A DNA stretch of 64,000 bases from a virus (Duplodnaviria > Caudoviricetes): the IMG/VR virus record IMGVR_UViG_3300037455_000100, positions 39,305-103,304 of that record. One strand, 5' to 3'. The position numbers were made by a program, and so were the translations under genes. The notes beneath the pieces were generated by a model. The model worked only from the letters and a program-made list of their open reading frames with translations. It ran no database searches and was not told the DNA's origin. This document shows, in pieces, positions 18,501-29,000 of the stretch (positions are counted from its first letter, which is position 1; each line of letters begins with the position of its first letter).

Positions 18501-21500
18501 ATATCTGATGAATTAGTAGAATCTACTGTTAATCAATTAAATGCAGTAAACGCAAAATCTTTAAATATTGCTGGTAATGGTATTTATACTTTAAAAGGTA
18601 AATATACACAAGAACAAGTTGATGAGTACGTCTATAATCTATTAAATAGAGTAATAAATCATCCCAATCTTAAAACTAAAATTGAAACTATTAGAAGCGG
18701 TGGTCAAACTGGTTACGATGAAGCTGGTATTAAAGCCGCTATGAGATTAGGTATCACAAGTGGCATATTAGCTCCCAAAGGTTGGAAATTTAGAAATGTT
18801 GAAGGAAAAGATATTTCTGATGAAAAAGCTTTTAAAGATAGATTTAATCTTACAACACAACAATCTTCTACTATAAAAACTACAGAACAACCTATTAATA
18901 CCCATCAAGAATTTACTCCAGTCAACACTACTCTTGAACAACAAATGAAACAAGAGTGGACTCCTCAAATTGTACAATTTAGGACGTTACGTATTGTGTC
19001 AGAGTTTAAGAAATGTGTTAACAATCTTGAAAGAAAATTAGACGCTTCTGAACAATTAGCTACACAATCTGCTACGAGACAATATTTAATTACTACTAAA
19101 TACGGTACTAGTAAGATATTAGGTAAAGTTAAAGATAGTATTACTAAAACATACGCTAATTTAGACTGGGTTACTGATTTTGTGCATGATTTATATGAAG
19201 AAGAGGATTGGAATACTAAAGAAGTGATAGATAAAATAAATCATATTTATGAACAAGGTCAATTAATGCTTAAATATTTTGAGCCTTTATGTTTTGAAGC
19301 TAGTATGTATATTAAAAACATGGAGGGTGTATCATTACTTACCAATGATGGAGAATTAGTTGAGATTGATGATGAAACTACTATTGATGAAGAAGATTTC
19401 ACTAAGCATGAAGAAGGCTGGTTTTACAATGCTCACGAACAATCTGTAGAAAGTCAGATTAGTGCTGAAACTAAAAGTGTACTTCAAAATCTTTATGAAA
19501 CAGATGAGTATGGAGAACCAGTACAATATGATGATTTAGAGCAGTCTCTTACACTGGATTATAGGATGGTGCTTGGTACTGTTCTACAACTTGTAGGTAA
19601 ATGTACTTCTAATAGTCAAATGATTCCTACTATTAAGAATGAAGTTGCTAAACATGGCTGGATGCAACAGATTCTTGATATATTAATGGGTAAAGACACT
19701 AATTTCTCACAGATTTACAAAGGACTGTCTAAAGAAGATATTGAGCTTAAAGCGTTTAATTTACGTGCATTATTCTGGAAGGATATGCATAAAATCTTTG
19801 TAAATATTGCACAGCAAACTATTACAGATAAAGGAGATATTGAAACAGATATAGTTAATCATAAAGAAGGTGCTGATGCTTTAATGGCACAATTTGAAGA
19901 TGATTGTTATGATTGTAAACCTATATTTGATGAAAATCATAAACATTATAAGACTGTATATAAAGCGGATGGTTCTTTTGACCGTTCTATATACAATTCT
20001 TTACATGAAGAGGTCAGTAAATCTAATCTTTATAAATCAATAATAGATGGTACTTGTACATCTGAAGAAATAGACTTGATAGACAAAGTATTAAAATCTT
20101 TTGGTGTAAATATTACTAAAAATACTATTGAACAATTAATTAAAGGTGGTGAAGAAACTAAAAACTCTCGTGATAATTTAAAAAATGTAATATTCGGTTT
20201 TTATGCTAAAAATATAGACAACAATCAGCCTTTACAATCAGTAATTAAAGAGAATGTTAATATATTTGACGCTTTTAGAGATAATTATAAAAAGATTGCC
20301 GAAATATTTGCTGATAATACTGATGGCTATGATGAATCTTCTGCTAGAGTTGAAGTGGACAATGAATCAAAATCTTTGTTTAGTAGAATATTTCCTAATC
20401 CTATACATACAATATTTAACAAACTTAAAAATAATGATAATTTAAACGAAGAAGAGTATCAGAAACGTATAGATGATGAATATGGTCATAACTGGTGGTT
20501 TGCTCCTATACGTAAAAATGATAGAGGAATCTTTGGTAAAGGATTATTAAATGATATACTTACTAATTTAGGTGTTAGGAATGGTTTAAGAATTAAAACT
20601 CTTAAAGCTTCACAAGGAATATCATACGGTCATGAGATTGATGCTCAAGCTGAAGAGACTAGACTTAATGAATTTGAAGCAAGTAATCGTAACGTGTTAG
20701 GAGTGGCTTTTAGAGATTTTTCAGTACCAACATTCTCAGATACTGGTGAAAGTTATTATATAAGTATGCCTTATTTTGATATTCATAATGATAATCAACG
20801 TAAGGAACTTATAGATAGACTTTGCGAAGTATTTAAACAAGAAATGCGTCGTATTAATGTAGTTGAGAAGAGGGCTAAAGCTGGTATTAAACCTATTGCT
20901 AGTTTTGATATTGAATTTAAGTTTAATCCTAAAACTGGTAAAAACGAAAGAGTTGAAAGTACTACTGACGGTTCTAATTTCCACTTCTTTAAAAATCTTA
21001 ATAAAGATAAAAAGAATATTATTGAACAGTATAATAGTTTAAGTATAGATATTAACGCTCAGGATAAATATATAAGGGATTTAGTCAGACAGTCTTTAAA
21101 TGAGGAATTTATTAAATACTTAAATCACTATAATAGTTGTCAAGTTAATCAATTACCTAAAGGTAAACACACTGAAAAAGATAGGAAGCAGTTAATATCT
21201 TTTATTAATAAAACTGTTGATAATAGAAAGAATATACCTCTGACCGATGACCAAAAGAGAGTTATTGATAATATCCTTCATATACTGCAAAACGATACTA
21301 TTACAGAAGAAATCTTTAACGATTTAAAAGAAACTCTTAAAACTACTCTCACTGAAGGATTAGTTCAAAATGAATTTACTGCTAATATTATAAGAACTAT
21401 AGATTCGTTTGCTCTAAATACTGAAAACCTTGAAAAACTTAAAGATTATTTCTATAATAGTTTCTACGCTACTACACAAATTATAGAATTAACCATGAGA

Positions 21501-24500
21501 GATCCAGCTTTCTTAGGCACTAATGATAAGTTTCAGAAGCGTTTTAAAATGTTCTATAGTCCTGTACAAACTTGTTATACTACAGAATACGATTTACAAC
21601 GTTATAATGAAACAGGCGAGATTGTTGAGTTAGATTCTAATAGAAAAAATGCTTTATCAAAAGATACTGAATACTCTTTAATATTAGTTGATGATGAGAT
21701 TACTCAAGCAATGTCGTTTGATAATATTAAATCTGCTATTGAAAAAAGATTTCAAGACGGTTATCTTAACAGGACTCAAGCAGATGAGATATTAAAGAAT
21801 ATGAAAGATATTAATGTAGCTGATGCACAATGTTACAGAACCTTACCTTCATGGCAGAAATGTCTTAATATGATTGGTAAAGGTTATAACAAGAAGATGC
21901 AACAGTCTATTAATAGATTAATGGATGGAACTTGGTCTTATGAAGATTATCATAATGTCTGGGAGATATTTAAACCTTTTGTAGCTTCCTATAGTAATAT
22001 TGAAAGCGGTATTACCGAGGAGCTGGGTGAGCAATATTCTAATATAGAAGTTCCTATAATGCACAAGAATGCTGAGTTCTTATTATTAGCTATGTACACT
22101 CAATTAAGCGGTGTTATGAAAACTAATGAGAAGCTCAAAGCACTTAACGAGTTTATGGTTAAACATGGTATCGATAAGGTTCAGTTTGAATCTGCTGTAA
22201 AGGTAGGTAGTCAAGCACCTATTAATATTAATGTATGTAAGACTGCTGATGAAGTAACTTCTACACTTGAGATTGCTACAGGACTAAAAGATAATATGCA
22301 AGCTAATGAAGGAGACCAACAAGTAGTACATTCTATACCATTCTCTGATTGGGGTATTTCTACCTCAATGCCTGAGCATTTACTTGACCACGAAGAATCT
22401 TCTATGGGTACTCAGCTTATGAAGATTATTATGGAAGGTCTTTCGGAGAATCCTAATAAGAAAGTTAGAGTTGGTAATACTACTAAGACTTATAAACAAT
22501 GGTTAGAACTTTATCAAGCTATTCATGTACAGAATCTTAAAGATGCTTTTAAAGAAGTAGGTAAGATATTTAATTCTAATGAAGAACTTGCTGAATATCT
22601 TAAAAAGCAAATTCTCAAACAAAATAAATATAGCCATGATTTAATTAAACATCTTAAAGTTGTAAATGGTAATTTTGTATATCCCATTATCGACCCTCTG
22701 CTGAGAAGTCAATTTGATTCTTTATGCTCTTCTTTAGTTAGAAATACTGTAACTAAAAGAATGATGCGTATGGGAGCATTACCTCAAGTAGCTAGTTATG
22801 GATTTGAAGAAGAACTTCAACTTAGGTTTACTGATAGAAATGGTAAACTAATTCTCACTGAGAAAGAGTTTAATGAGGAAGGCTCTAATATAGAAGGTAT
22901 TGAAACTTGGGAAGCTTATAAAGAGTACGCTAAGGATAACTGCACAAATCTTGCATATATGGAAGTATATTTACCTCCATTCGATACTACATTGATGCGT
23001 AAGATTAATGATGCTTGTATATATAAAGAAGATGTATATGATAAGAACGGTAAACGTATTCATAGAAGTGGGGAATTTAATGATAAACTTTTCAATAAAA
23101 TCTTTGCTAAAGAGTTACTTGAAGGATTGGCAAACCGTGTACCTACTGAAACTAAACATAGTATAATTCCTATATATGTAAAAGGATTTTTACCAGCTCA
23201 AAATAGCTCGTGTGTTATTATACCAGCTGAATGGATTGCTATATCAGATTCTGATAATGATGGGGACAAGTTATATTGCTATTTCTATCATTCTAAAGCT
23301 GACTGGAATATTAACCAAATGAAGAGAGATTATGCAAGCCATTATGGTTGGAAATATCTAACAAAATCTCAAAGAGAGGAAAATATTAAAAATCTTTCAA
23401 ACTTTAAAAATAAAAACTATAAAAAATCTGAAGAACTTGATATATTATGGAACAGTGTTCCAAGATTAGCTGACCCTAATGACCCTGTTTGGCAATTAAT
23501 AACAAAAGAAGTTATTGACGATGATGATGATGCTAATGTTATAGGAAGCTCTACACTAAATACAAAAGTTACTAAGTTTAAAATAGAGGATGATGAAGAG
23601 TTCAGAAGAGTTAAAGAGTTTTACAGACAAGCGTATTTAATGTATGAAAAGTATTGTAAAATTAAACCAGTAGAATTTAAAGAAGTTGGATTAGAGAGAT
23701 TAGAAAATGAGTCTGATGAAGATTATCAACAAAGAATTGATTTAGCTAGTATAGAATCCAATAATCGTGAAGCTAGAAATAATAAGTTACTTGAACTTAT
23801 GATTTCTATATGTAGAACTGATGATAACACTGCTCAAATATTAATTCCTGGTGGTTTCCCAATTATAAAACAAGTAGCTAAAGATATGAAGGAATTATCT
23901 GGTGTTACTGATGATGATATGAGTATTTGTAACCCTGCTGTAAGAACTATACAACAGATTAGAAATATGGCTGGTGCAAATCTTATTGGTATTTATGCTA
24001 ATCATAGAAGTTTTAGACCTCTTCTTGAGCAAGCTAAATGTACAGTATATCAAGAAAATAGACCTATTGTTAATGGTAATAAATCACTGCTTAAAGATAA
24101 AGCTACTAAACAACCTACTTGGTCATTAAGCTCTGAGAAGAATGCTAGAGGTGAGTTTATATCTGATAATATAAGTAACTTCTCAGGTGCTTCAGTAGAT
24201 AATGCTAAAGACCCGTTATTAAGCCATATAGGTCAAAATGAAGTAACTGCCCCTATAAGTATGTTCTTAATACATTGTGGATATACTATCAGAGAAGTTG
24301 CAGCATTTATGAGACAGCCAGCTATCGAGGATTGTGTAAGAGAATATTTATTGTCTGGCAGAAAAGGAACTCTGGATTCTATTATTAAAGCTAAAATAGC
24401 ATCATTACCGTCTTATGCTAATATATCTGAAGATATTACTAATCTTAGTCTAAATTTACTTGACAACCAAATTAGACGTAAAGCTAAAGGTATTTTACAA

Positions 24501-26015
24501 ACAAATGAAGATTTAGTTATTCAAAGAATAGTACTTGAGAACTTATTAAAGATACTACCAGCAAGCAGAGCTATTCAAAACTTAATTACCGTTACTAAAG
24601 CTGATACTCAAGTAGGTGCTTTAAAAGCTAGGAGTTCTGAAAATAAAACTAAGCTCCAACTATTTGAAAGAGTTGAAGATAAAGTACTTGATGATGATTA
24701 TCCTATTCAAGGTGCTGAAAGATTAGTTCCTATGTTAGATGATGAAGAGAGTATAACCGAGAGTGCTATACCCCAAACTTCAGCATTTAGATATTATGGT
24801 ATTGAATCTATAGCAGATTTTATGAAGAATATCTCTATGACATTTAACGCTCTAGTTAACTCTGTACATAATGTAGCACTTGCTAACTATGATGGATTAA
24901 ATCTTGATGCTGACACTATCGATAGATTAACAGATGCAACAATATCATACTGTTTTTCTAATATAGCTACATTTAATAATGGCGATAGAGCTGAAATGTT
25001 TGTAAAGACAATTAAAACTCTTAAAGATATTAAGCAAAGAGGATTGCTTCAAGATAACAAGTTAATTAAAGACTTAACTGTTAATATTCAAGGCAACAAA
25101 TATAGTAGAAACTTTCCTTTTATTAAACTTACAAAGACAACTAAACGTAACTATTTAGCTATTGCTGAGTATCAAAGAGCTTGGGAATCTTTAATAGTTA
25201 ACGGTGATAAGACTATAACTCTATCAGATGGTACAATTACATATAAACAACTGTCCGATATGTTATTAAACTATTGTTTCAGATGTAGAGGTTTATCTAT
25301 AGGTGGAGTATCATTTATTAATTTATTCCCTGTTAGTTGTATAGAAACAATCGATGGTTATAACAATGTGTTACAACATTTAAATGACTTGCAGCCTAAC
25401 GAACAATTAGCTACTAAAATATTTGAACAATATATAGCAAATCATCCTGAAGATTATCATTTTGTACATAGAATAGATTCTAAGAAGTTTAATATTCAGA
25501 ATATTCTTGACAAAAGTAAGGTAGTGCCTAATATATTCATAATTAGTAGTAATAATGAAGAAGTAGTTGAGAATATAGGTGATGAGTTACATCCAACACT
25601 AGTTCCTTATAATTATATAACTTTTACAGATAGTGCTGGCAGAAGATATTTATATGAAGGAACTGTCATAGAAGGTAATATTGCTTATCAAAGAATGCAA
25701 GTATTGGGTAATGCTAAAAATGGATTTTTAGAAGAGTATGATAGAGCAGCTAAAAGCATTCTGTTTGGAGATACTAATAGTCCGCTTTCTATGTTATTAT
25801 CTAATGATAATATGATTATTGATACTACCATCACTGATAAACTTGATGAACAAGCCCAAGCTGTAGCTAAAGAAGGCAGAGACCTTACAGAAGTTGAAAA
25901 AATTCAAATTATTAAGGGGATGATTGGTCAAGATGTTAGAACTGATATAGTACTTAATAATTATACTCCTAAAGATACTGATAGAACTGGTATGGTTTTA
26001 TGTGCAATAATTTAA
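15543..26015 (+). CDS. crAss-type virion double-psi beta-barrel RNA polymerase with N-terminal accessory domains
   Basis: RVP (23136) followed by DNDGD (23253-23267), later GIYAN and SVDNAKD. N-terminus has ART-like, HD, HELTH zincin and SLOG-like motifs. Confidence 0.85.
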   Translation: MIHCISKNSIYNSEDLEQFNKIQEYFNWSDSVAEAKIGTWMSIHNTAEFPTIDQMKYYIEDSARKQSEKNGYTTEMQQIKDQAVTDGTFMKAPNGKPTNLNERQWLQVRTKAFKEWFGDWESLAESHLNTLEILNEDGSINFDKLEELSDEYFKNADESLFNKGRKTLRERQEHHKGENNTLEHIQNVVKSAQQSNISDSLKQHVVIAAALHDLAKPFHAGNKHGFQSEGLLNKIFKGKVSGLARFAIAHHMMTIEEGQEFTKEDAERIVNDAINRNLDINEAIDVLIALHIADITRGRNLEDIDEYSNKSIREFINNEVENKRQLLKEAANTKEVNSVSKVVDKNGEPLVVYHGSNKKFSEFAKGIAIYTTSIEMANSYYYSEINAEEDSELFYYNGKEEDYGLAREGDYERALLFLNQDKEFLQHLYFTNPNEVPKIQDDFENFIGQNYPEYAIVETEDKEHLGTVYGVLYNKIPKDRYKEIANAFAESQHPSNPVDYYYNKITGKNYDLFNNIKNPLIVDAEDKWWDEIYFNGELLQSTRDIEEYARKHGYDGFIVYNVKDYGGYSLEENYVGSQNIYVAFNPNQTKSATDNIGTFSKEDDNIYKSEDFSKKLKSYTERWTTELQELIDINPDRANAVVADFNEKHFNVNFGVYNGKVTDKNLKIDNISIDNPEAILQHFKNKAKSKEIENIIFNTVYESLIGDTISKSSNAHLKHIFNSIRNKFVKNGIEFSFEYNTSIESSMAFQWREGKPVIFINPNNLRAELTLSDNPLERYTELIIHELTHGLMSSLLEINEEDIKNLSPEAQKCYNDIYDLYNSIKDKLPESYGKTTIHEFISEALSNKEFQLELAKIKYDNTKSLLDRFIEKFVKIVSEYLGIDIKDSALEKVLQITSNFTHTEDSLELINFLSDNNSIYNSQTIINPIFKEESSSGYRERTIKNAKADATIAFAVDFNSAGERLTKKSVLQQNKKYIPIDTNNPEISDELVESTVNQLNAVNAKSLNIAGNGIYTLKGKYTQEQVDEYVYNLLNRVINHPNLKTKIETIRSGGQTGYDEAGIKAAMRLGITSGILAPKGWKFRNVEGKDISDEKAFKDRFNLTTQQSSTIKTTEQPINTHQEFTPVNTTLEQQMKQEWTPQIVQFRTLRIVSEFKKCVNNLERKLDASEQLATQSATRQYLITTKYGTSKILGKVKDSITKTYANLDWVTDFVHDLYEEEDWNTKEVIDKINHIYEQGQLMLKYFEPLCFEASMYIKNMEGVSLLTNDGELVEIDDETTIDEEDFTKHEEGWFYNAHEQSVESQISAETKSVLQNLYETDEYGEPVQYDDLEQSLTLDYRMVLGTVLQLVGKCTSNSQMIPTIKNEVAKHGWMQQILDILMGKDTNFSQIYKGLSKEDIELKAFNLRALFWKDMHKIFVNIAQQTITDKGDIETDIVNHKEGADALMAQFEDDCYDCKPIFDENHKHYKTVYKADGSFDRSIYNSLHEEVSKSNLYKSIIDGTCTSEEIDLIDKVLKSFGVNITKNTIEQLIKGGEETKNSRDNLKNVIFGFYAKNIDNNQPLQSVIKENVNIFDAFRDNYKKIAEIFADNTDGYDESSARVEVDNESKSLFSRIFPNPIHTIFNKLKNNDNLNEEEYQKRIDDEYGHNWWFAPIRKNDRGIFGKGLLNDILTNLGVRNGLRIKTLKASQGISYGHEIDAQAEETRLNEFEASNRNVLGVAFRDFSVPTFSDTGESYYISMPYFDIHNDNQRKELIDRLCEVFKQEMRRINVVEKRAKAGIKPIASFDIEFKFNPKTGKNERVESTTDGSNFHFFKNLNKDKKNIIEQYNSLSIDINAQDKYIRDLVRQSLNEEFIKYLNHYNSCQVNQLPKGKHTEKDRKQLISFINKTVDNRKNIPLTDDQKRVIDNILHILQNDTITEEIFNDLKETLKTTLTEGLVQNEFTANIIRTIDSFALNTENLEKLKDYFYNSFYATTQIIELTMRDPAFLGTNDKFQKRFKMFYSPVQTCYTTEYDLQRYNETGEIVELDSNRKNALSKDTEYSLILVDDEITQAMSFDNIKSAIEKRFQDGYLNRTQADEILKNMKDINVADAQCYRTLPSWQKCLNMIGKGYNKKMQQSINRLMDGTWSYEDYHNVWEIFKPFVASYSNIESGITEELGEQYSNIEVPIMHKNAEFLLLAMYTQLSGVMKTNEKLKALNEFMVKHGIDKVQFESAVKVGSQAPININVCKTADEVTSTLEIATGLKDNMQANEGDQQVVHSIPFSDWGISTSMPEHLLDHEESSMGTQLMKIIMEGLSENPNKKVRVGNTTKTYKQWLELYQAIHVQNLKDAFKEVGKIFNSNEELAEYLKKQILKQNKYSHDLIKHLKVVNGNFVYPIIDPLLRSQFDSLCSSLVRNTVTKRMMRMGALPQVASYGFEEELQLRFTDRNGKLILTEKEFNEEGSNIEGIETWEAYKEYAKDNCTNLAYMEVYLPPFDTTLMRKINDACIYKEDVYDKNGKRIHRSGEFNDKLFNKIFAKELLEGLANRVPTETKHSIIPIYVKGFLPAQNSSCVIIPAEWIAISDSDNDGDKLYCYFYHSKADWNINQMKRDYASHYGWKYLTKSQREENIKNLSNFKNKNYKKSEELDILWNSVPRLADPNDPVWQLITKEVIDDDDDANVIGSSTLNTKVTKFKIEDDEEFRRVKEFYRQAYLMYEKYCKIKPVEFKEVGLERLENESDEDYQQRIDLASIESNNREARNNKLLELMISICRTDDNTAQILIPGGFPIIKQVAKDMKELSGVTDDDMSICNPAVRTIQQIRNMAGANLIGIYANHRSFRPLLEQAKCTVYQENRPIVNGNKSLLKDKATKQPTWSLSSEKNARGEFISDNISNFSGASVDNAKDPLLSHIGQNEVTAPISMFLIHCGYTIREVAAFMRQPAIEDCVREYLLSGRKGTLDSIIKAKIASLPSYANISEDITNLSLNLLDNQIRRKAKGILQTNEDLVIQRIVLENLLKILPASRAIQNLITVTKADTQVGALKARSSENKTKLQLFERVEDKVLDDDYPIQGAERLVPMLDDEESITESAIPQTSAFRYYGIESIADFMKNISMTFNALVNSVHNVALANYDGLNLDADTIDRLTDATISYCFSNIATFNNGDRAEMFVKTIKTLKDIKQRGLLQDNKLIKDLTVNIQGNKYSRNFPFIKLTKTTKRNYLAIAEYQRAWESLIVNGDKTITLSDGTITYKQLSDMLLNYCFRCRGLSIGGVSFINLFPVSCIETIDGYNNVLQHLNDLQPNEQLATKIFEQYIANHPEDYHFVHRIDSKKFNIQNILDKSKVVPNIFIISSNNEEVVENIGDELHPTLVPYNYITFTDSAGRRYLYEGTVIEGNIAYQRMQVLGNAKNGFLEEYDRAAKSILFGDTNSPLSMLLSNDNMIIDTTITDKLDEQAQAVAKEGRDLTEVEKIQIIKGMIGQDVRTDIVLNNYTPKDTDRTGMVLCAII

Positions 26016-26026
26016 TTTAATGATAT

Positions 26027-29000
26027 ATGTCTAATAGTTGTAGAATAACCCCACATGTTAAAAACAGTAGTGGTCAGGAAGTAGAAAGTAAACTCTATAA
26101 CGATTTAAAAGGATTAATGACATTTATAGGTAAAGGTGGGAGAGCTAATGTTCTCCCCCTTTATCAAAAAACTTTAAATCCGCAGTTTACTAAAGATATG
26201 GAAGATAAAGGTGCTACATTTGATGAAAACGGTGAAGTATCTTTATATGATTTTTGGAATCTTACTGACATAAGTCAGGATATTTCAAGAGAAACTATTT
26301 TAAATTACCTAAACTTTTCAAATGATTTTATTAAGAATGGTAGTCCTGTTGAATATTCAAAACACGATGCTTTTGATAAAATAGAGGATTTTAATAGCTC
26401 TCCTTGGAGTAAACAGTTTACTGCTAAATTAAAAAGGTCTGGTAAAAAATTTACTATTTCTATAGAACCTTTAGATACTGATTATAAGTTGCAGTCAACT
26501 TATTTTGGTAGACTAAGTAAAAGACTTACTCAACTTCTTGAAGGATGGGGAGTAGGTATTGATGAACTGACTGATTTGGAAAGTAGGTTTACTAATGGTT
26601 ATACAGATTTTAGTAATAATCTTAAATTACCGAACGGTTTAATAGGGCTTATTAAATTAGCTAAAGGCAAAGCTGGACGTAAAGCTTTACCTGAAGAGTT
26701 CTCACATCTTGTAGTAAGAAGTTTGAAAAATACTCCTCTTATTGTTAGAGCTTTAAATCAACTTAAACAAAATGATATTTATAAAGCTGTATTAGGGGAT
26801 AGCATAGATATTTATAGACATGAGTATTATGATAATCCCAATAATCATGAACAATCTTTAGAAGATTACTTAGCAGAAGAAGCTTTAGGTCATATATTAG
26901 CTGATAAAATTGAAAACGTTTGGGTTGAAACACATCTTATAGATAGAATATTTAATACTTTTAAAAACATTTTTAATAAATATGATGAAAACAAAATTAA
27001 TCAAATTGTATTAGAATGCGATAAAGATTTAAATATTCTTGCTAATAATTTGCTTAATGGAAGTTATACTAATTTAGATATAAAAAATTTAGGCACAAGT
27101 AAATTTAATCAGTTTCACATTAAATATCAAAAGACTAAAACAGCTTGGGATAATTTTTATGAAACAATGGTACGTACAAGTGCTATTTATACTAAGCGTG
27201 CTAAAGAGTTAGGTATAGCTTCTAATCAAGAGGATAAACTGGAATTTGAAGGTAATCAAACAGAGCTTTTACAGAAGCTAGATATAGCTGCACACCACGA
27301 TTGGATAAAACCTTATGAAGAGCGTCGTAATGGTATTGTAACTCAGAGAACTAAGGAAGAGTTTAGACTTAATACGGCTGTATCTCTTATAGGATTTGCT
27401 CTACAAAATATGAAGAGCATTCAGCAAAAAGTTAATGAACTGAGACAACTTGTTGAGTCTGGTTCTTATAAAGGCAACTGGAATAAAGCTTGTGCTTTAA
27501 TTAAATCTGTTGGAGATTATATAGCTGCTTATGAGCAAATTTTACATGATTTTGACGATGTATTACAAGAAGCTTCTAATGACCCAGTATTAGCAACTTT
27601 TCCTGAGATAGATAGAATTAAATCTGAATTAAGTTCTCAAGCAAAAGAACTCGAAGAGCTTATGAAAGAATTAAAAAATGATACGTTTCCCTCAGAAAAT
27701 AATATTAAGGATAGGACTAAGAAATCTTATAAACATCCTTTAGCTTTACAAGTATTAATACAAGCGTTTCAGCAATTAGTACCTGAACAAATGATGCTTC
27801 ATATAGGCACCAACTTTGAAGGTGAGATACTTACTTTGGAAGAAATGTTATTATTCTCAGATGAAGATATATCAGTGGCTTCTGCTTGGTTAAATTCTAT
27901 GGCTAATACATCTGACCCAATATTAAGAATGTATGATGCCGTAGTTAAGAAGCAAAAAGATATTGCTCGTCAAGAATGTATAGACATTCAACGTACTATT
28001 AAAGCTGCTGGTAAGAAATTAGAAAAATTTGGATTTAGTTTAAGAGACCATTCTTGGGCCTATGCTAGATATGAAAATGATGTTATTGACGATGCTGGTA
28101 ATGTAATCCATAACGCAGGAGACGTAGTAGTAGATAATCAAGGTAATCCTAAGTATATAACTCCATACGATGAAGAAGCTGCTATAGCTGATTTTAAAAG
28201 ATATAAGAATGAATTAAAAAATGACAATACTTTATCTGATGAAGAAAAACTTAATAAACTAAAAGAGTTTAAAGAAGAAAGATGGGTTGAGCGTAAAGGG
28301 GAAATATTTCCTAAAGAAGAGTATTATCCTAGCAAAGAATGGCAAGCTCTTACGAATGAACAGAGAGAGTTTATGACTACCTTCTTCGATTGTAAACGTA
28401 GGCTTGATAAATGGATTCCTTTATATACTGGCGACTCTACTAAAGCTATTATAGTTAGGAAGAGCGGACTTCAAAGATTATTCTCTGCTTTTAAATTAAA
28501 TAAGACAGAGTTTGATGCTGGTATTATGGAGAATATTAAAGATGCTCTAGGAGATTTAACTAAACGTAAAGATACTGATGAAGAGTTTGGTGAAACTAGT
28601 ATTCTTATGAATCTTCAAGGTAAAGAAGTTAAAAAGATTCCTATTTATCACACGTCTAAAAGTATTAATACAAAAATATCTAGCCTTTCTCATAATTTAG
28701 TAGCAAATATGTGTATATATGCACAAACCGCTACTAATTATAAGGCTATGGCTCAAATCATCAATATACTTGAATTAGGAAAAGATGCTTTAAGTTTTAG
28801 ACAAACTGTTAAGAGAGACGGTATTAAAGCTTTATTTAACCCAGTAAAGCATAATAAAAATTCCTTTAAAACTTATTTATATCTTGATGGTGATAAAACT
28901 AATTGGTCAAAACGATTAGATAATTATCTTGATATGCAAGTATATGGCAGACTTAAAGTAGGTGAAATTTCTAAAACAGCTGATTTATTTGGTAGAGCAG

